From the NCBI GenBank assembly GCA_038249055.1, contig JBBRWS010000002.1:78118-142117 (forward strand): 64,000 nt of DNA, read 5' to 3'. Origin of the DNA: Minisyncoccia bacterium (GTDB lineage Bacteria > Patescibacteriota > Minisyncoccia > Phycocordibacterales > UBA9973). The position numbers and the translations under genes were made by a program. Below, in pieces: positions 16,018 through 24,942 of the stretch; position 1 is the stretch's first letter; every line of letters starts with the position of its first letter. The notes beneath the pieces are model-generated. The model was not told the origin of the DNA. It saw nothing but the letters and a program-made list of their open reading frames with translations, and did not search any database.

Positions 16018-16812
16018 ATGATTAATTTTGAAAAAAACATACAGAGTATTGAATTTAAAGATAATGAGAATGAATTTGTTGAATCTTTGCCCGAGTCTAA
16101 TTTAGAAGATTTATCTAGTAAAACCGAACTTGAAATTAATAATTCTGCAACGTTGCTTATTAATAAAAACTCTGAGTTGCTTGAAGAACCTGAGGCTAAA
16201 AATTTTCTAGAGGTAAAGAAGTTGGTTGAATTAAATGAAGAAATAAATAAACTTCAAAATGAAGCTATAGATAGTATTTCTTGGATTAAAAATATAAAAA
16301 GATTTAATTTAGATAAAAGTACAAAAGAAAGTTTTTATGATATTGAAATTCAGGGCTCTGAAGAATTTAGAGAAAAGATTAAAAATTCTTTAAGTTATTT
16401 ATCATTATCTCCAGAAAAATTAGATTTTTCTAAAAAATATATTAAAAGAATTCAAGAATGGAGTCATTCAGGTATGAATATGTTCAAAGATAAACCAACT
16501 TTTGAGATAGGGGATATCTGGAAAGAATCAGATGAAGTGTATTTAGCAAGCGGGATTGCTCATGATGCATATCATTCATATTTATGTGCTGGGAGTGAAG
16601 ATTCTAATGGGAATATTTCTTTGGGGGCTTATGTCGGAAAAGAAGCAGAAAAAAAATGCTTAGCTTTTCAAATTGATACACTGGAGAGTATTAAAAAAAC
16701 TGACCATATGAAGAATTATCAAAATGAGATTGATAATGATATTAATGGTCTTAAGGAATTAATGATTGATCCAACATATCAAGATATTCCATATGAGGAG
16801 AGGAATTGGTAA
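16018..16812 (+). CDS. Hypothetical protein
   Basis: 264-aa acidic ORF. No recognisable motifs. Confidence 0.45.
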   Translation: MINFEKNIQSIEFKDNENEFVESLPESNLEDLSSKTELEINNSATLLINKNSELLEEPEAKNFLEVKKLVELNEEINKLQNEAIDSISWIKNIKRFNLDKSTKESFYDIEIQGSEEFREKIKNSLSYLSLSPEKLDFSKKYIKRIQEWSHSGMNMFKDKPTFEIGDIWKESDEVYLASGIAHDAYHSYLCAGSEDSNGNISLGAYVGKEAEKKCLAFQIDTLESIKKTDHMKNYQNEIDNDINGLKELMIDPTYQDIPYEERNW

Positions 16813-16896
16813 TAAACTTATTCACATAAAATAATTTCTAGCATCGACCCAGACAGTCAGCAGTGGTTTTAACTATTGTTTTGGTATAATGCAATC

Positions 16897-17313
16897 ATGA
16901 ATAATATTAGACCCAATGCCTTAATTATAATTGTAAAAGATAATTATGTGCTTGCTGAAAAAGGGGTTGATTTAAATACAAATAAAACTTTTTACCGTCT
17001 TATGGGTGGTGGTATTGAATTTGGTGAATTATCCTCGATGACAACCAAAAGAGAAATGTTGGAAGAGTTAAATGTAGAAATCATAAATGAAGAATTTCTG
17101 TGTTCAATTGAAAATATTTTTGAATTCAATTCAAAAAAATATCACGAGCTCACTTTTTTATATAAAGGAGAATTTTTAGATAAATCTATGTATGAAAAAC
17201 AAATAATCCAAAGAGTTGATGGTTATTCCAGTTACTCTGAGTGGGTTTCTATATCAGAAATTAAAAAAGGTAATATTATATTTTATCCTGAAAAAGCCAT
17301 AGAATATCTTTAA
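16897..17313 (+). CDS. NUDIX hydrolase
   Basis: Nudix box GGGIEFGELSSMTTKREMLEELNV. Start moved to MNNIRPNAL because the track start at 16876 lies inside the TTTTGGTATAAT promoter. Confidence 0.7.
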   Translation: MNNIRPNALIIIVKDNYVLAEKGVDLNTNKTFYRLMGGGIEFGELSSMTTKREMLEELNVEIINEEFLCSIENIFEFNSKKYHELTFLYKGEFLDKSMYEKQIIQRVDGYSSYSEWVSISEIKKGNIIFYPEKAIEYL

Positions 17314-17338
17314 ACTATTTATTTGATACAATAAACCA

Positions 17339-18253
17339 ATGTCCACTGTTAAAACTAAAATAGATAAAGAAATAGTATTTTCTTATCTTAAAAATAATTT
17401 TGATAATTCTGTTTTAAATCTAGAATTTATAAATGGAGGAGAGATGTCTCAGGCTTTTAGCTTTCAAACGAACAAAGGTAACTTTGTTATTAGGGTAAAT
17501 ACAAGTTCAAGGTCTTTTTATAAAGACCAAAAGGCCTTTGAGCGTTTTGGTAATAAGGGTGTGCCAATTCCTAAAATAATAGAGATAGGTCAAATGGATG
17601 ATATCTATCATTTTGCAATTTCTGAAAAAGCAGAAGGCAAACACATAACAGATCTTACAGAGGAAGAATATAAAAAAACACTACCAAGTCTTTTGAAAAT
17701 AATGGATTCTATCCATGATTTGGGGATAAAAAATACAAAAGGTTTTGGAAAATGGAATCTAGAAGGTAATGGGGTTTATGATACATGGAGAGAATTTATT
17801 CTTGCTGTAAATGAATTTCAAAACAAAGAAGATCTTTTTAAGACATCTTTTTTAGAGAAGGATATATGGGAAAAAATTTATTCGAAAATTGAAAAACTTT
17901 CAGAATTTTGTCCTGAAGAAAGATTTTTAGTTCATGGAGATTATGGTAATAATAATGCTGTATCAGACGGAGAGAAGGTCACAGGTGTTTTCGATTGGGC
18001 AGATTCGTTGTATGGAGATTATTTATATGATATTGCTTGGATTACATTTTGGTTAAAGAAACCTGAAAGAATAAAAGAAATTGAGGACTACTATGAAGTT
18101 AAAAATATTTCTAATTTTACACAAAGATTACTTTGTTATAAATTACGCATAGGTCTTGGATCATTAAGTTTTTATGCTTATTCTAACCAAAAAGATAAAT
18201 ATGACTCTATTAAACAAAGAACGCTTAATTTATTACCTGAATTAAATAAGTAG
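17339..18253 (+). CDS. Aminoglycoside/choline-kinase-type phosphotransferase (APH family)
   Basis: Brenner motif FLVHGDYGNNN and DWADSLYGDYLYDIA (HGDxxxxN…D). Confidence 0.7.
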   Translation: MSTVKTKIDKEIVFSYLKNNFDNSVLNLEFINGGEMSQAFSFQTNKGNFVIRVNTSSRSFYKDQKAFERFGNKGVPIPKIIEIGQMDDIYHFAISEKAEGKHITDLTEEEYKKTLPSLLKIMDSIHDLGIKNTKGFGKWNLEGNGVYDTWREFILAVNEFQNKEDLFKTSFLEKDIWEKIYSKIEKLSEFCPEERFLVHGDYGNNNAVSDGEKVTGVFDWADSLYGDYLYDIAWITFWLKKPERIKEIEDYYEVKNISNFTQRLLCYKLRIGLGSLSFYAYSNQKDKYDSIKQRTLNLLPELNK

Positions 18254-18344
18254 TTATTTAGCCTTATTTTTAGCAATAAAAGTTAAAATTTCAATCCAAA
18301 CAATTAGCAATTATTTTGACTACCGTTTTGGTATAATTAAAAAC

Positions 18345-18956
18345 ATGAAAATATTACTTGCTACAAATAATAAAGGAAAGGTAGAAAGATTTAAAAAATT
18401 AATAAATTACATAGATTCAAATATTGAATTATTTTCACCCAATGAGTTAGGAATTAATCCTATTGATACAGAAGAAAATGGTAAAACTCTTATGGAGAAT
18501 GCTCTATTAAAAGCTAATGCATATTTTGGTAAAATTGATATTCCAATTTTGTCTAATGATACAGGATTTTATGTTGAAGGGGATGGATTTATTGATGCCC
18601 CTAAAAGAATAGCATTGGAAGGCAAAAATGAAAATGAATTATCAGAAGAAGAAATATCTAAGAGACTACTAAATTTTTGGAAAGCAATTGCAACGAAGCA
18701 TGGAGGGAAAGTTGATGCTATTTGGATAGAGGCTTGGGTTGTTTTATATCCCAATGGAGAAATCAAGAAGGTTGAATCCAGAAGAGAAATAATTTTAACT
18801 GACCAAGAATTTGGAGTACCTCATATTCATATGCCAATTAGGGCTTTATATTATTCTAAGATAACAAATAAGCCTGCAATTTTACATACAGAAGAAGATG
18901 AAATCATAGAAATGTCACCTATTTTGAAAGCTTTGCAAGAAGTTTTAGGACTTTAA
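18345..18956 (+). CDS. Ham1/RdgB-like non-canonical purine NTP pyrophosphatase (divergent C-terminus)
   Basis: N-terminal ILLATNNKGKVERFKKL and …LSNDTGFYVEG resemble the RdgB/ITPase core. C-terminal third diverges. Confidence 0.5.
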   Translation: MKILLATNNKGKVERFKKLINYIDSNIELFSPNELGINPIDTEENGKTLMENALLKANAYFGKIDIPILSNDTGFYVEGDGFIDAPKRIALEGKNENELSEEEISKRLLNFWKAIATKHGGKVDAIWIEAWVVLYPNGEIKKVESRREIILTDQEFGVPHIHMPIRALYYSKITNKPAILHTEEDEIIEMSPILKALQEVLGL

Positions 18957-19007
18957 ATAATTTACAATATGGACTCAAACTCTAGTTAATTTGATACAAT
19001 AAAATAT

Positions 19008-19514
19008 ATGGAAGAAAAAACAATTAATGCATTGAAGTGGATAGTTTCAATCCTAAATAAACATAATATTCCATATAGAATAGGGGGTGGTTTTGCTGCA
19101 CATATGTATGGTTCAAATCGCCCAGTAAATGATATAGACTTTTCTCTTTCTGGAAAATATTTTCCTATTATTGTTTCAGAAGTGAAAGAATTCATCACCT
19201 CAGGACCAAAACATTATTTGAATGCAAAATGGGATTGTGATACTCTCTCCCTTAACTATTATGGTCAGGAAATAGATATAACTGATATTGATACCTTACG
19301 GATGAGCAATAAAGAACAGACAGAGTGGTTTCAAACAAAAGATAATTATCGTAAATTTTCTAATTTTATAAAAGTAGTTGATGGTATTGAAATATCATTA
19401 ATTAATCCAAATGATTTAGTTGCATATAAAAAAGAATTAGTTGATAAAGATCATCGATATCAATTAGATGATGTTGAGACAGTAGAGAAATATATAATTA
19501 ATCATAATCTTTAA
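19008..19514 (+). CDS. Pol-beta-superfamily nucleotidyltransferase, Lnu(A)/LinA-like (lincosamide nucleotidyltransferase-type fold)
   Basis: 168 aa. YRIGGGFAAHMYGSNRPVNDIDFSL parallels Lnu(A) YWLDGGWGVDVL…DIDIDF (G[GS]…DxD nucleotidyltransferase motif). Size matches Lnu(A) (about 160 aa). Confidence 0.5.
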   Translation: MEEKTINALKWIVSILNKHNIPYRIGGGFAAHMYGSNRPVNDIDFSLSGKYFPIIVSEVKEFITSGPKHYLNAKWDCDTLSLNYYGQEIDITDIDTLRMSNKEQTEWFQTKDNYRKFSNFIKVVDGIEISLINPNDLVAYKKELVDKDHRYQLDDVETVEKYIINHNL

Positions 19515-19543
19515 AATAAATTTCAACTTCTAAAAACAAGACC

Positions 19544-19861
19544 ATGCAAACATTTTCTGAGAGAGTAATTAAAATAGCATTGGGAATTCCAAAAGGTAGA
19601 GTTACTACGTATGGAAGAATTGCTAGAGCTTGCGGGGCAGGTCCTATGGCTTCACAAAGTATAACTAATATACTAGGAAAGGCTTATATGGCAGGAATAA
19701 AAAATATTCCTTTCCATAGGATTGTATATTCTGATGGCAAGGTGTGGATTAATGATAAATATAAAAAGGAAAGATTTGCTCTATATAAAAAAGAGGGGAT
19801 TGAATTGGATAAAAATAATAAAATTTTAAACTTCAGAGATATTTTGTTTGAATTTAAATAA
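19544..19861 (+). CDS. Alkyltransferase-like protein (MGMT DNA-binding domain lacking the acceptor Cys)
   Basis: YGRIARACGAG…NIPFHRIV: MGMT helix-turn-helix with Phe replacing the PCHRV cysteine, as in ATL proteins. Confidence 0.6.
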   Translation: MQTFSERVIKIALGIPKGRVTTYGRIARACGAGPMASQSITNILGKAYMAGIKNIPFHRIVYSDGKVWINDKYKKERFALYKKEGIELDKNNKILNFRDILFEFK

Positions 19862-19923
19862 TTTATAACATCATACTAAGCTATCAACTAGGATTTTTGG
19901 TCATAATTATATATAATTTTTGT

Positions 19924-20379
19924 ATGGCTTATAAATATTTTTCATCAGGTTATTTAGTAAGAGATGGTAAGGTTCTTTTAGTTCATCATAAGAAATTTGA
20001 TAAATGGACACCCCCAGGAGGACATCTTGAAGAAAATGAAACTCCTGACCAAGCGCTTATTAGAGAATGGAAGGAAGAGTTAGATTTAGATATTGGAATT
20101 TTACCAGCTCACGAAAGCGCTTTTTCTGGTGATGCAAATGCGACTCCAGTTCCAATGCCTTTTCATATTAATCTTGAGCGTGAAGGTTTTGATGTTCCAC
20201 ATATTGGTTATTTTTTCTATGTAAGACTGGAAGATTCAGATCAAATAATTACAGTTTTGGAAAGTGAATTACATGACGCTAAATGGTTTTCTAAAGAAGA
20301 ACTTTCTACTATTCAAACTTTTGACCAAGTGCGGGCATTAGCAGAATATGCTATTAATCATTTTCCAGAAATTTCCTAA
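19924..20379 (+). CDS. NUDIX hydrolase
   Basis: PGGHLEENETPDQALIREWKEELDL Nudix box. Start at MAYKYF because the track start overlaps the -10 element. Confidence 0.7.
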   Translation: MAYKYFSSGYLVRDGKVLLVHHKKFDKWTPPGGHLEENETPDQALIREWKEELDLDIGILPAHESAFSGDANATPVPMPFHINLEREGFDVPHIGYFFYVRLEDSDQIITVLESELHDAKWFSKEELSTIQTFDQVRALAEYAINHFPEIS

Positions 20380-20436
20380 ATATATGAATATTTATATTTC
20401 ACATTTTAAAGATTTTAATTTTTATACAATATTTTT

Positions 20437-20790
20437 ATGGAAAATAATAAATTTATAGAAAATTCGTCAGAAAGAATATTACGTTGTTTACAAGATTATT
20501 CTAATGATTTTATGGCAATTGAAATTATTTTTAGAAGTAGTGGTATAGATGGTGTTCGGAAACTTATCAAAGATGGGTATAGGATATCAACTGTTGAAAA
20601 CTATTTACAAAAATATAGAACAGAAGGCAGAAAGACAATTAGTCTGGAAGACCAAAAAGATTCTATATTTATTGAAAAAGCACAAATACTAAATAATTTG
20701 GCAAATAAAATTAATTCACTAGGGGAAAATGTAGATGAACGTACTATAAGTGAAACTATAGAAGTAGTTAAAAGGATTATTTATAATTAG
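20437..20790 (+). CDS. Hypothetical protein
   Basis: 117-aa ORF. Last gene of the co-directional + strand array. Confidence 0.4.
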   Translation: MENNKFIENSSERILRCLQDYSNDFMAIEIIFRSSGIDGVRKLIKDGYRISTVENYLQKYRTEGRKTISLEDQKDSIFIEKAQILNNLANKINSLGENVDERTISETIEVVKRIIYN

Positions 20791-20823
20791 ATAAAATAAA
20801 ATAGATTTTATTAGAGTCTAATA

Positions 20824-21543
20824 TTATTCAAATTTATTTAAATAATCTAAATTTAATTGCTCGGCTAGTATCTCTTTTTGTTTTTGATCTAAATACTTTT
20901 GTAGAAGTAGCGCTATTTTTTCAGTAATTACACCTTTAATAGCATTGTTTGATGCAATCGATACTATAACCATTGCATCTTTTTTATTTATAGGTACATT
21001 TAAATACCTCGCAATTTTTTGTGCAATTGGAGTTTGTAATTTTTTACTTCGCCATTTTATATGTTCAAGAACTTTTTTTACATCTTGGTCTGTTATTAAC
21101 TTGGGATTAATTTGATTTGAATTTGTCATTTTCCATGTATGACGAATAATTCCTAGTATTCCTAATTTCTCAAGTACATCAGCATCATGCACGATTTTAG
21201 CCTCAAGTGTTTTTGGTTTTTCAGTTCCTTCATGTGAAGCTACACATTCCGCAATGAGTTCTTTATCCGTTTGTGATATATCAATAGGGGATAATAAATT
21301 CATCACAATTTTTTTATTATTTTTATAATTGTAATCATTGCCTGTTGGTAATGCAGTATCATGAAGCCATGCCCCTCCCTCAACAATTGATAAATCTGCT
21401 TTTGTTTTGATTGCTAAATATTTTGCTATTTTTACAGCACGAAATAAATGCTTATTTCCTTTGGATTTTCCCCCGAAGGCGATTTCATGGTCTATTTTAA
21501 TTCCGAGTTTTTTAATTTCTTTTATTTTTTTCTGGTTAATCAT
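20824..21543 (-). CDS. HD-domain phosphohydrolase
   Basis: H…HD…H…D arrangement (GGAWLHDTALP…, KIVHDADVLEKLG). Confidence 0.7.
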   Translation of the reverse strand: MINQKKIKEIKKLGIKIDHEIAFGGKSKGNKHLFRAVKIAKYLAIKTKADLSIVEGGAWLHDTALPTGNDYNYKNNKKIVMNLLSPIDISQTDKELIAECVASHEGTEKPKTLEAKIVHDADVLEKLGILGIIRHTWKMTNSNQINPKLITDQDVKKVLEHIKWRSKKLQTPIAQKIARYLNVPINKKDAMVIVSIASNNAIKGVITEKIALLLQKYLDQKQKEILAEQLNLDYLNKFE

Positions 21544-21608
21544 TATATATATTATATGCTATCTTTATTTAATAAAAAACCCGCCGTAAAAACAGCGGGT
21601 TAAATAAG

Positions 21609-22145
21609 TTATTTTTCAATAAGTTTTAAAACATTTTCTACTGATATATCAGTATCATCGTTGTTGACGATGATATGATTTTGACTATCAGATGAAAATT
21701 TTTCAAAAATTTCTTGAAACAACAAGTTCATTTTTAGAGCCTCCTCTGTTGAGAGAATGTGCCCAGTTCTTGTTTGTGCTTTAAGCCGTTTTTCTACTAA
21801 GTCATATGGACATTTTACTTCAATCCAGAAAACTTGAATATCCTTATTTTTACAAAGGTCTTCAATTTTTATTCTGAGTTGTTCTAAATGAAATACTTCA
21901 TCCATAATTATGGCCGAGATATCGCTCGTTCCAAAGAGATTAAAAGCATGTTCTAGTGCTTTTTTGTAGTAACTCCACCTTATATTTGGTGGGTCAATTT
22001 GGTTCGTGACGAGAGTCGGGTCAACATCAACTCTTTTAAAATCGTCTAAATCTAGGACTTTTGCTCCTATTTTATGACTAATTTTTCTTGAAATAGTTGA
22101 TTTACCAACTCCAGGTAAGCCGGCCAATAAAATGATTTTTTTCAT
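21609..22145 (-). CDS. P-loop NTPase / kinase (AAA_33/zeta-toxin-like nucleotide or polynucleotide kinase fold)
   Basis: Walker A LLAGLPGVGKSTISRKI at the N-terminus. 178 aa. Immediately upstream of and co-oriented with the HD gene. Confidence 0.6.
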   Translation of the reverse strand: MKKIILLAGLPGVGKSTISRKISHKIGAKVLDLDDFKRVDVDPTLVTNQIDPPNIRWSYYKKALEHAFNLFGTSDISAIIMDEVFHLEQLRIKIEDLCKNKDIQVFWIEVKCPYDLVEKRLKAQTRTGHILSTEEALKMNLLFQEIFEKFSSDSQNHIIVNNDDTDISVENVLKLIEK

Positions 22146-22509
22146 TTCATATATGCTACCTACTTTACTCGGTAGACTTTTTTAGTTTATATTAGGTTTT
22201 AAAAGAACTAAGAAAAGGAAGTTTTTAAAACATACCTTTTTGATGAAAGAACAAAAAAGCCCCTAAATAAAGGGCTGTTTTTTATGTTCAAATGGAGATT
22301 TTATATCAACGCAAACAACAACCCTCTATATATAGGAGTTGTAGCAATAACTTGCGTTGATAATATTCAATTTCATATATTTACTATATTAAATATATGA
22401 AATATAGTCAATCCTATATATTTTATTACTATATTTTAATAATAAATTATATATGTTTTATTAGATTTAAGATGGTTGATTTAATCAATAATAAACGTAT
22501 ACTTGTAAT

Positions 22510-22830
22510 ATGATTATACTTTTTATTATCGGATTATTATTTGGGGCTGTAGCAGTTATTTTTGCATTACAAAATACTGCAGTTATAACTGTTACTTTTT
22601 TATCGTGGCATTTAACAGGTTCTCTCGCTTTAGTTTTATTATTAACTATAACCTCAGGGATACTTATCGCAATATTTTTATTGCTTCCAGAATTTATCAG
22701 TAGTTATTTAAAAAACAAAAATCTAAAAAAGGAAAATTTAAGACTTGAACAAGAAATATTGAAACAAACCGAACAAACTGTTTTGGCTAAACGCTCACCT
22801 GCAGTAGAAGAAAATATTGTAAAAATTTAA
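22510..22830 (+). CDS. LapA-domain (DUF1049-like) small inner-membrane protein
   Basis: Two TM helices, then a charged coiled tail. Confidence 0.45.
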   Translation: MIILFIIGLLFGAVAVIFALQNTAVITVTFLSWHLTGSLALVLLLTITSGILIAIFLLLPEFISSYLKNKNLKKENLRLEQEILKQTEQTVLAKRSPAVEENIVKI

Positions 22831-22915
22831 TAAAAGTATTAAATAACAAAGTTATGCCCATATTTAATAGGGTTTTTTCTAGGGGAATAGATATTGTAGA
22901 TGATATAATGAACTT

Positions 22916-24268
22916 ATGATAAATAAACAATTGGTTGATTTCATTAAACAGCAATTACAGAAGGGAATAACAAGGGAAGTTATAAGCAAAGAACTCTTGG
23001 TTGGTGATTGGACCTTACAGGATATCGACGAGGGTTTTAAATCAATAAATATAATAAATAAAACTTCCATCTCTACTCCTCCTCCTACTCAATCTTCCGT
23101 TTCTATTAAAGCTTCAATACCTAGTCCTGTTACTACTCCAATTTTAGATCCAGATTCTATCCCTTTTTTAAGCAAAGCTCCAATTCAAACCTCAATTCCA
23201 ACAATTGTTTCAAATTTCCATACAACATCAAATAGACCTATGTCTTCTATCGAGAATCACAACCACACAGTAAGAAATGTTTTTCTAACTATAATGGGTT
23301 TATTTTTATTAGCAGGTTTGATGTTTGGTTATTTTTTTAGAGATGAAATACCAGTAATTAAAGACTTAATAAAAAATAAAAATTCAACTATAAATGAAAT
23401 AAACCAAAATCAAAATACTCAACTTCAAATACAAGACGAACAAGGGGAAGTACAACCAGAAATACAACCAGAGCAAAAACCAGAAGCGATTACAGATGGA
23501 ACAAATCAAGAAGATAAATTAATCATAAAAAATGATGATAATAAAGTTGTGGAAATGGATAATGGGCCAATTAATTGCGGTAAAGACATGACTTGTTTTA
23601 TGGATGCAATAAAGAATTGTTCTAAAGCGTATGTTGAAGAAACTAAAATAATGGATTTTTTTGGAATGGTTCAAACAACAAAAATTATAAGTACTTTAGA
23701 TGGTTTTGATTCTTCAAAAAAGTGTCTTTACTCAACTTATATACTAGATGCTAGTTTAGATTATTCTACAGAAATGATAGCTCAAGCGAAAGCATCAGGG
23801 GTTACAGAAGAAAATTTAGACTTACAGCTCAAAAAATCAAGTGAATCTGTAAAAGGAACAATTGGAATGATTACAAAGTGTTCATTCACAACTGTTTATT
23901 TAAGCGAATTATTTATTAAATGGAATAAAGGCAGTTTTAGTTCCTCAGATATGGATCCTGGTAATTGTACTATTAGCGGCGGAACACTTCCTCTTTCAAG
24001 TACTACTATATATTTATCTTCTACTCAAAAAGAGATGCTATCTTCTGGGCTAAAGTTTAATTATATTAATATAACTAAAGACACAGCGAAGTTAATGATT
24101 ACTCAAATAAGTACTGGTAAAACACAAACCGTTGATTTCATTCCAAATAAAGAAATTATCGTTTTTGATACAACAATAACGCTTATTGTAATTACAGAAG
24201 AAAATTATACATTGAATGGTGAAATTATTAAATATTTAGAAGCAGAAATTGAGATAAAAGATAAATAA
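22916..24268 (+). CDS. Hypothetical membrane-anchored protein with Ser/Thr/Pro-rich linker
   Basis: 450 aa. TM near residue 125 (VFLTIMGLFLLAGLMFGYFF). Extracytoplasmic Cys-containing domain. Confidence 0.45.
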   Translation: MINKQLVDFIKQQLQKGITREVISKELLVGDWTLQDIDEGFKSINIINKTSISTPPPTQSSVSIKASIPSPVTTPILDPDSIPFLSKAPIQTSIPTIVSNFHTTSNRPMSSIENHNHTVRNVFLTIMGLFLLAGLMFGYFFRDEIPVIKDLIKNKNSTINEINQNQNTQLQIQDEQGEVQPEIQPEQKPEAITDGTNQEDKLIIKNDDNKVVEMDNGPINCGKDMTCFMDAIKNCSKAYVEETKIMDFFGMVQTTKIISTLDGFDSSKKCLYSTYILDASLDYSTEMIAQAKASGVTEENLDLQLKKSSESVKGTIGMITKCSFTTVYLSELFIKWNKGSFSSSDMDPGNCTISGGTLPLSSTTIYLSSTQKEMLSSGLKFNYINITKDTAKLMITQISTGKTQTVDFIPNKEIIVFDTTITLIVITEENYTLNGEIIKYLEAEIEIKDK

Positions 24269-24322
24269 ATTTAAACAATATTATCTTAGTTATTTATTTA
24301 ACTTTATGATATTTATAATAAA

Positions 24323-24817
24323 ATGGATAATTTTAAAAAAATAAATATTGAAAGAAAAGAAGATTTATCTGTTAAAGCAGAAACTGTCGATACAGATACT
24401 TTAATTGACTTAATTTATAAAGGTCAAAACTTACCGCAAGATAATCGTTTTTTATCAGTAGAAGAGGGTGGAGTTTTTAAATATTTTGATTTAAAACATA
24501 TCCAGGACCATAAAAATGATAAATTTTATCCAATAATAAAATCAGAAAATAAAATAGTTGGTCTAAGTGAATTATTAAAAGATCCTTTCTTAAAAAATAA
24601 TCTTTGGATTCAATTTATATCAGTTGATGAAAATGAACAAGGTAAGGGGTATGCCTCTAAACTTGCAAGAGAAATTTTTGATTTTGCTGAACAAAATGGT
24701 TATTCACTTGAAGCATCGCATTATACAGAAGATGGTTTTCTTAAACTAAGGCCAGTATTTGAAAAATTAGCAAACGAATATTCTAATGTTAGCTTTATTA
24801 ATAAAAATAAACTCTAA
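24323..24817 (+). CDS. GNAT-like acetyltransferase (putative)
   Basis: …WIQFISVDENEQGKGYASKLAREIFDFAEQNGY… resembles the GNAT motif A (Q/RxxGxG/A). Confidence 0.4.
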   Translation: MDNFKKINIERKEDLSVKAETVDTDTLIDLIYKGQNLPQDNRFLSVEEGGVFKYFDLKHIQDHKNDKFYPIIKSENKIVGLSELLKDPFLKNNLWIQFISVDENEQGKGYASKLAREIFDFAEQNGYSLEASHYTEDGFLKLRPVFEKLANEYSNVSFINKNKL

Positions 24818-24942
24818 TTAAATATTTTTATCATTAAATCTCATTTATGAAACGATGAAGTGTTAAGAATTGATTTATTAATTCAATATTTTATTATAGA
24901 TGCGCAAAATCATCATATTTGCTACAATAACAAAACCCTTAT

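Noticed and set aside
13256-19900. Inter-cassette repeats interpreted as integron attC sites
   Set aside because: I looked for the attC hallmarks: a GTTRRRY core, an inverse core RYYYAAC, and R''-L''/L'-R' imperfect symmetry. What I could resolve instead is a same-orientation, promoter-bearing repeat. No integrase is in the window. The cassette-like organisation is reported as a finding but not called an integron.
22303-22365. Long imperfect palindrome (TATCAACGCAA…CTCTATATATAG…TTGCGTTGATA) as a possible ncRNA
   Set aside because: It is a single copy in an AT-rich divergent promoter region. It is more likely an operator or DNA structural element than an RNA gene. It is mentioned under the kinase-HD finding only.
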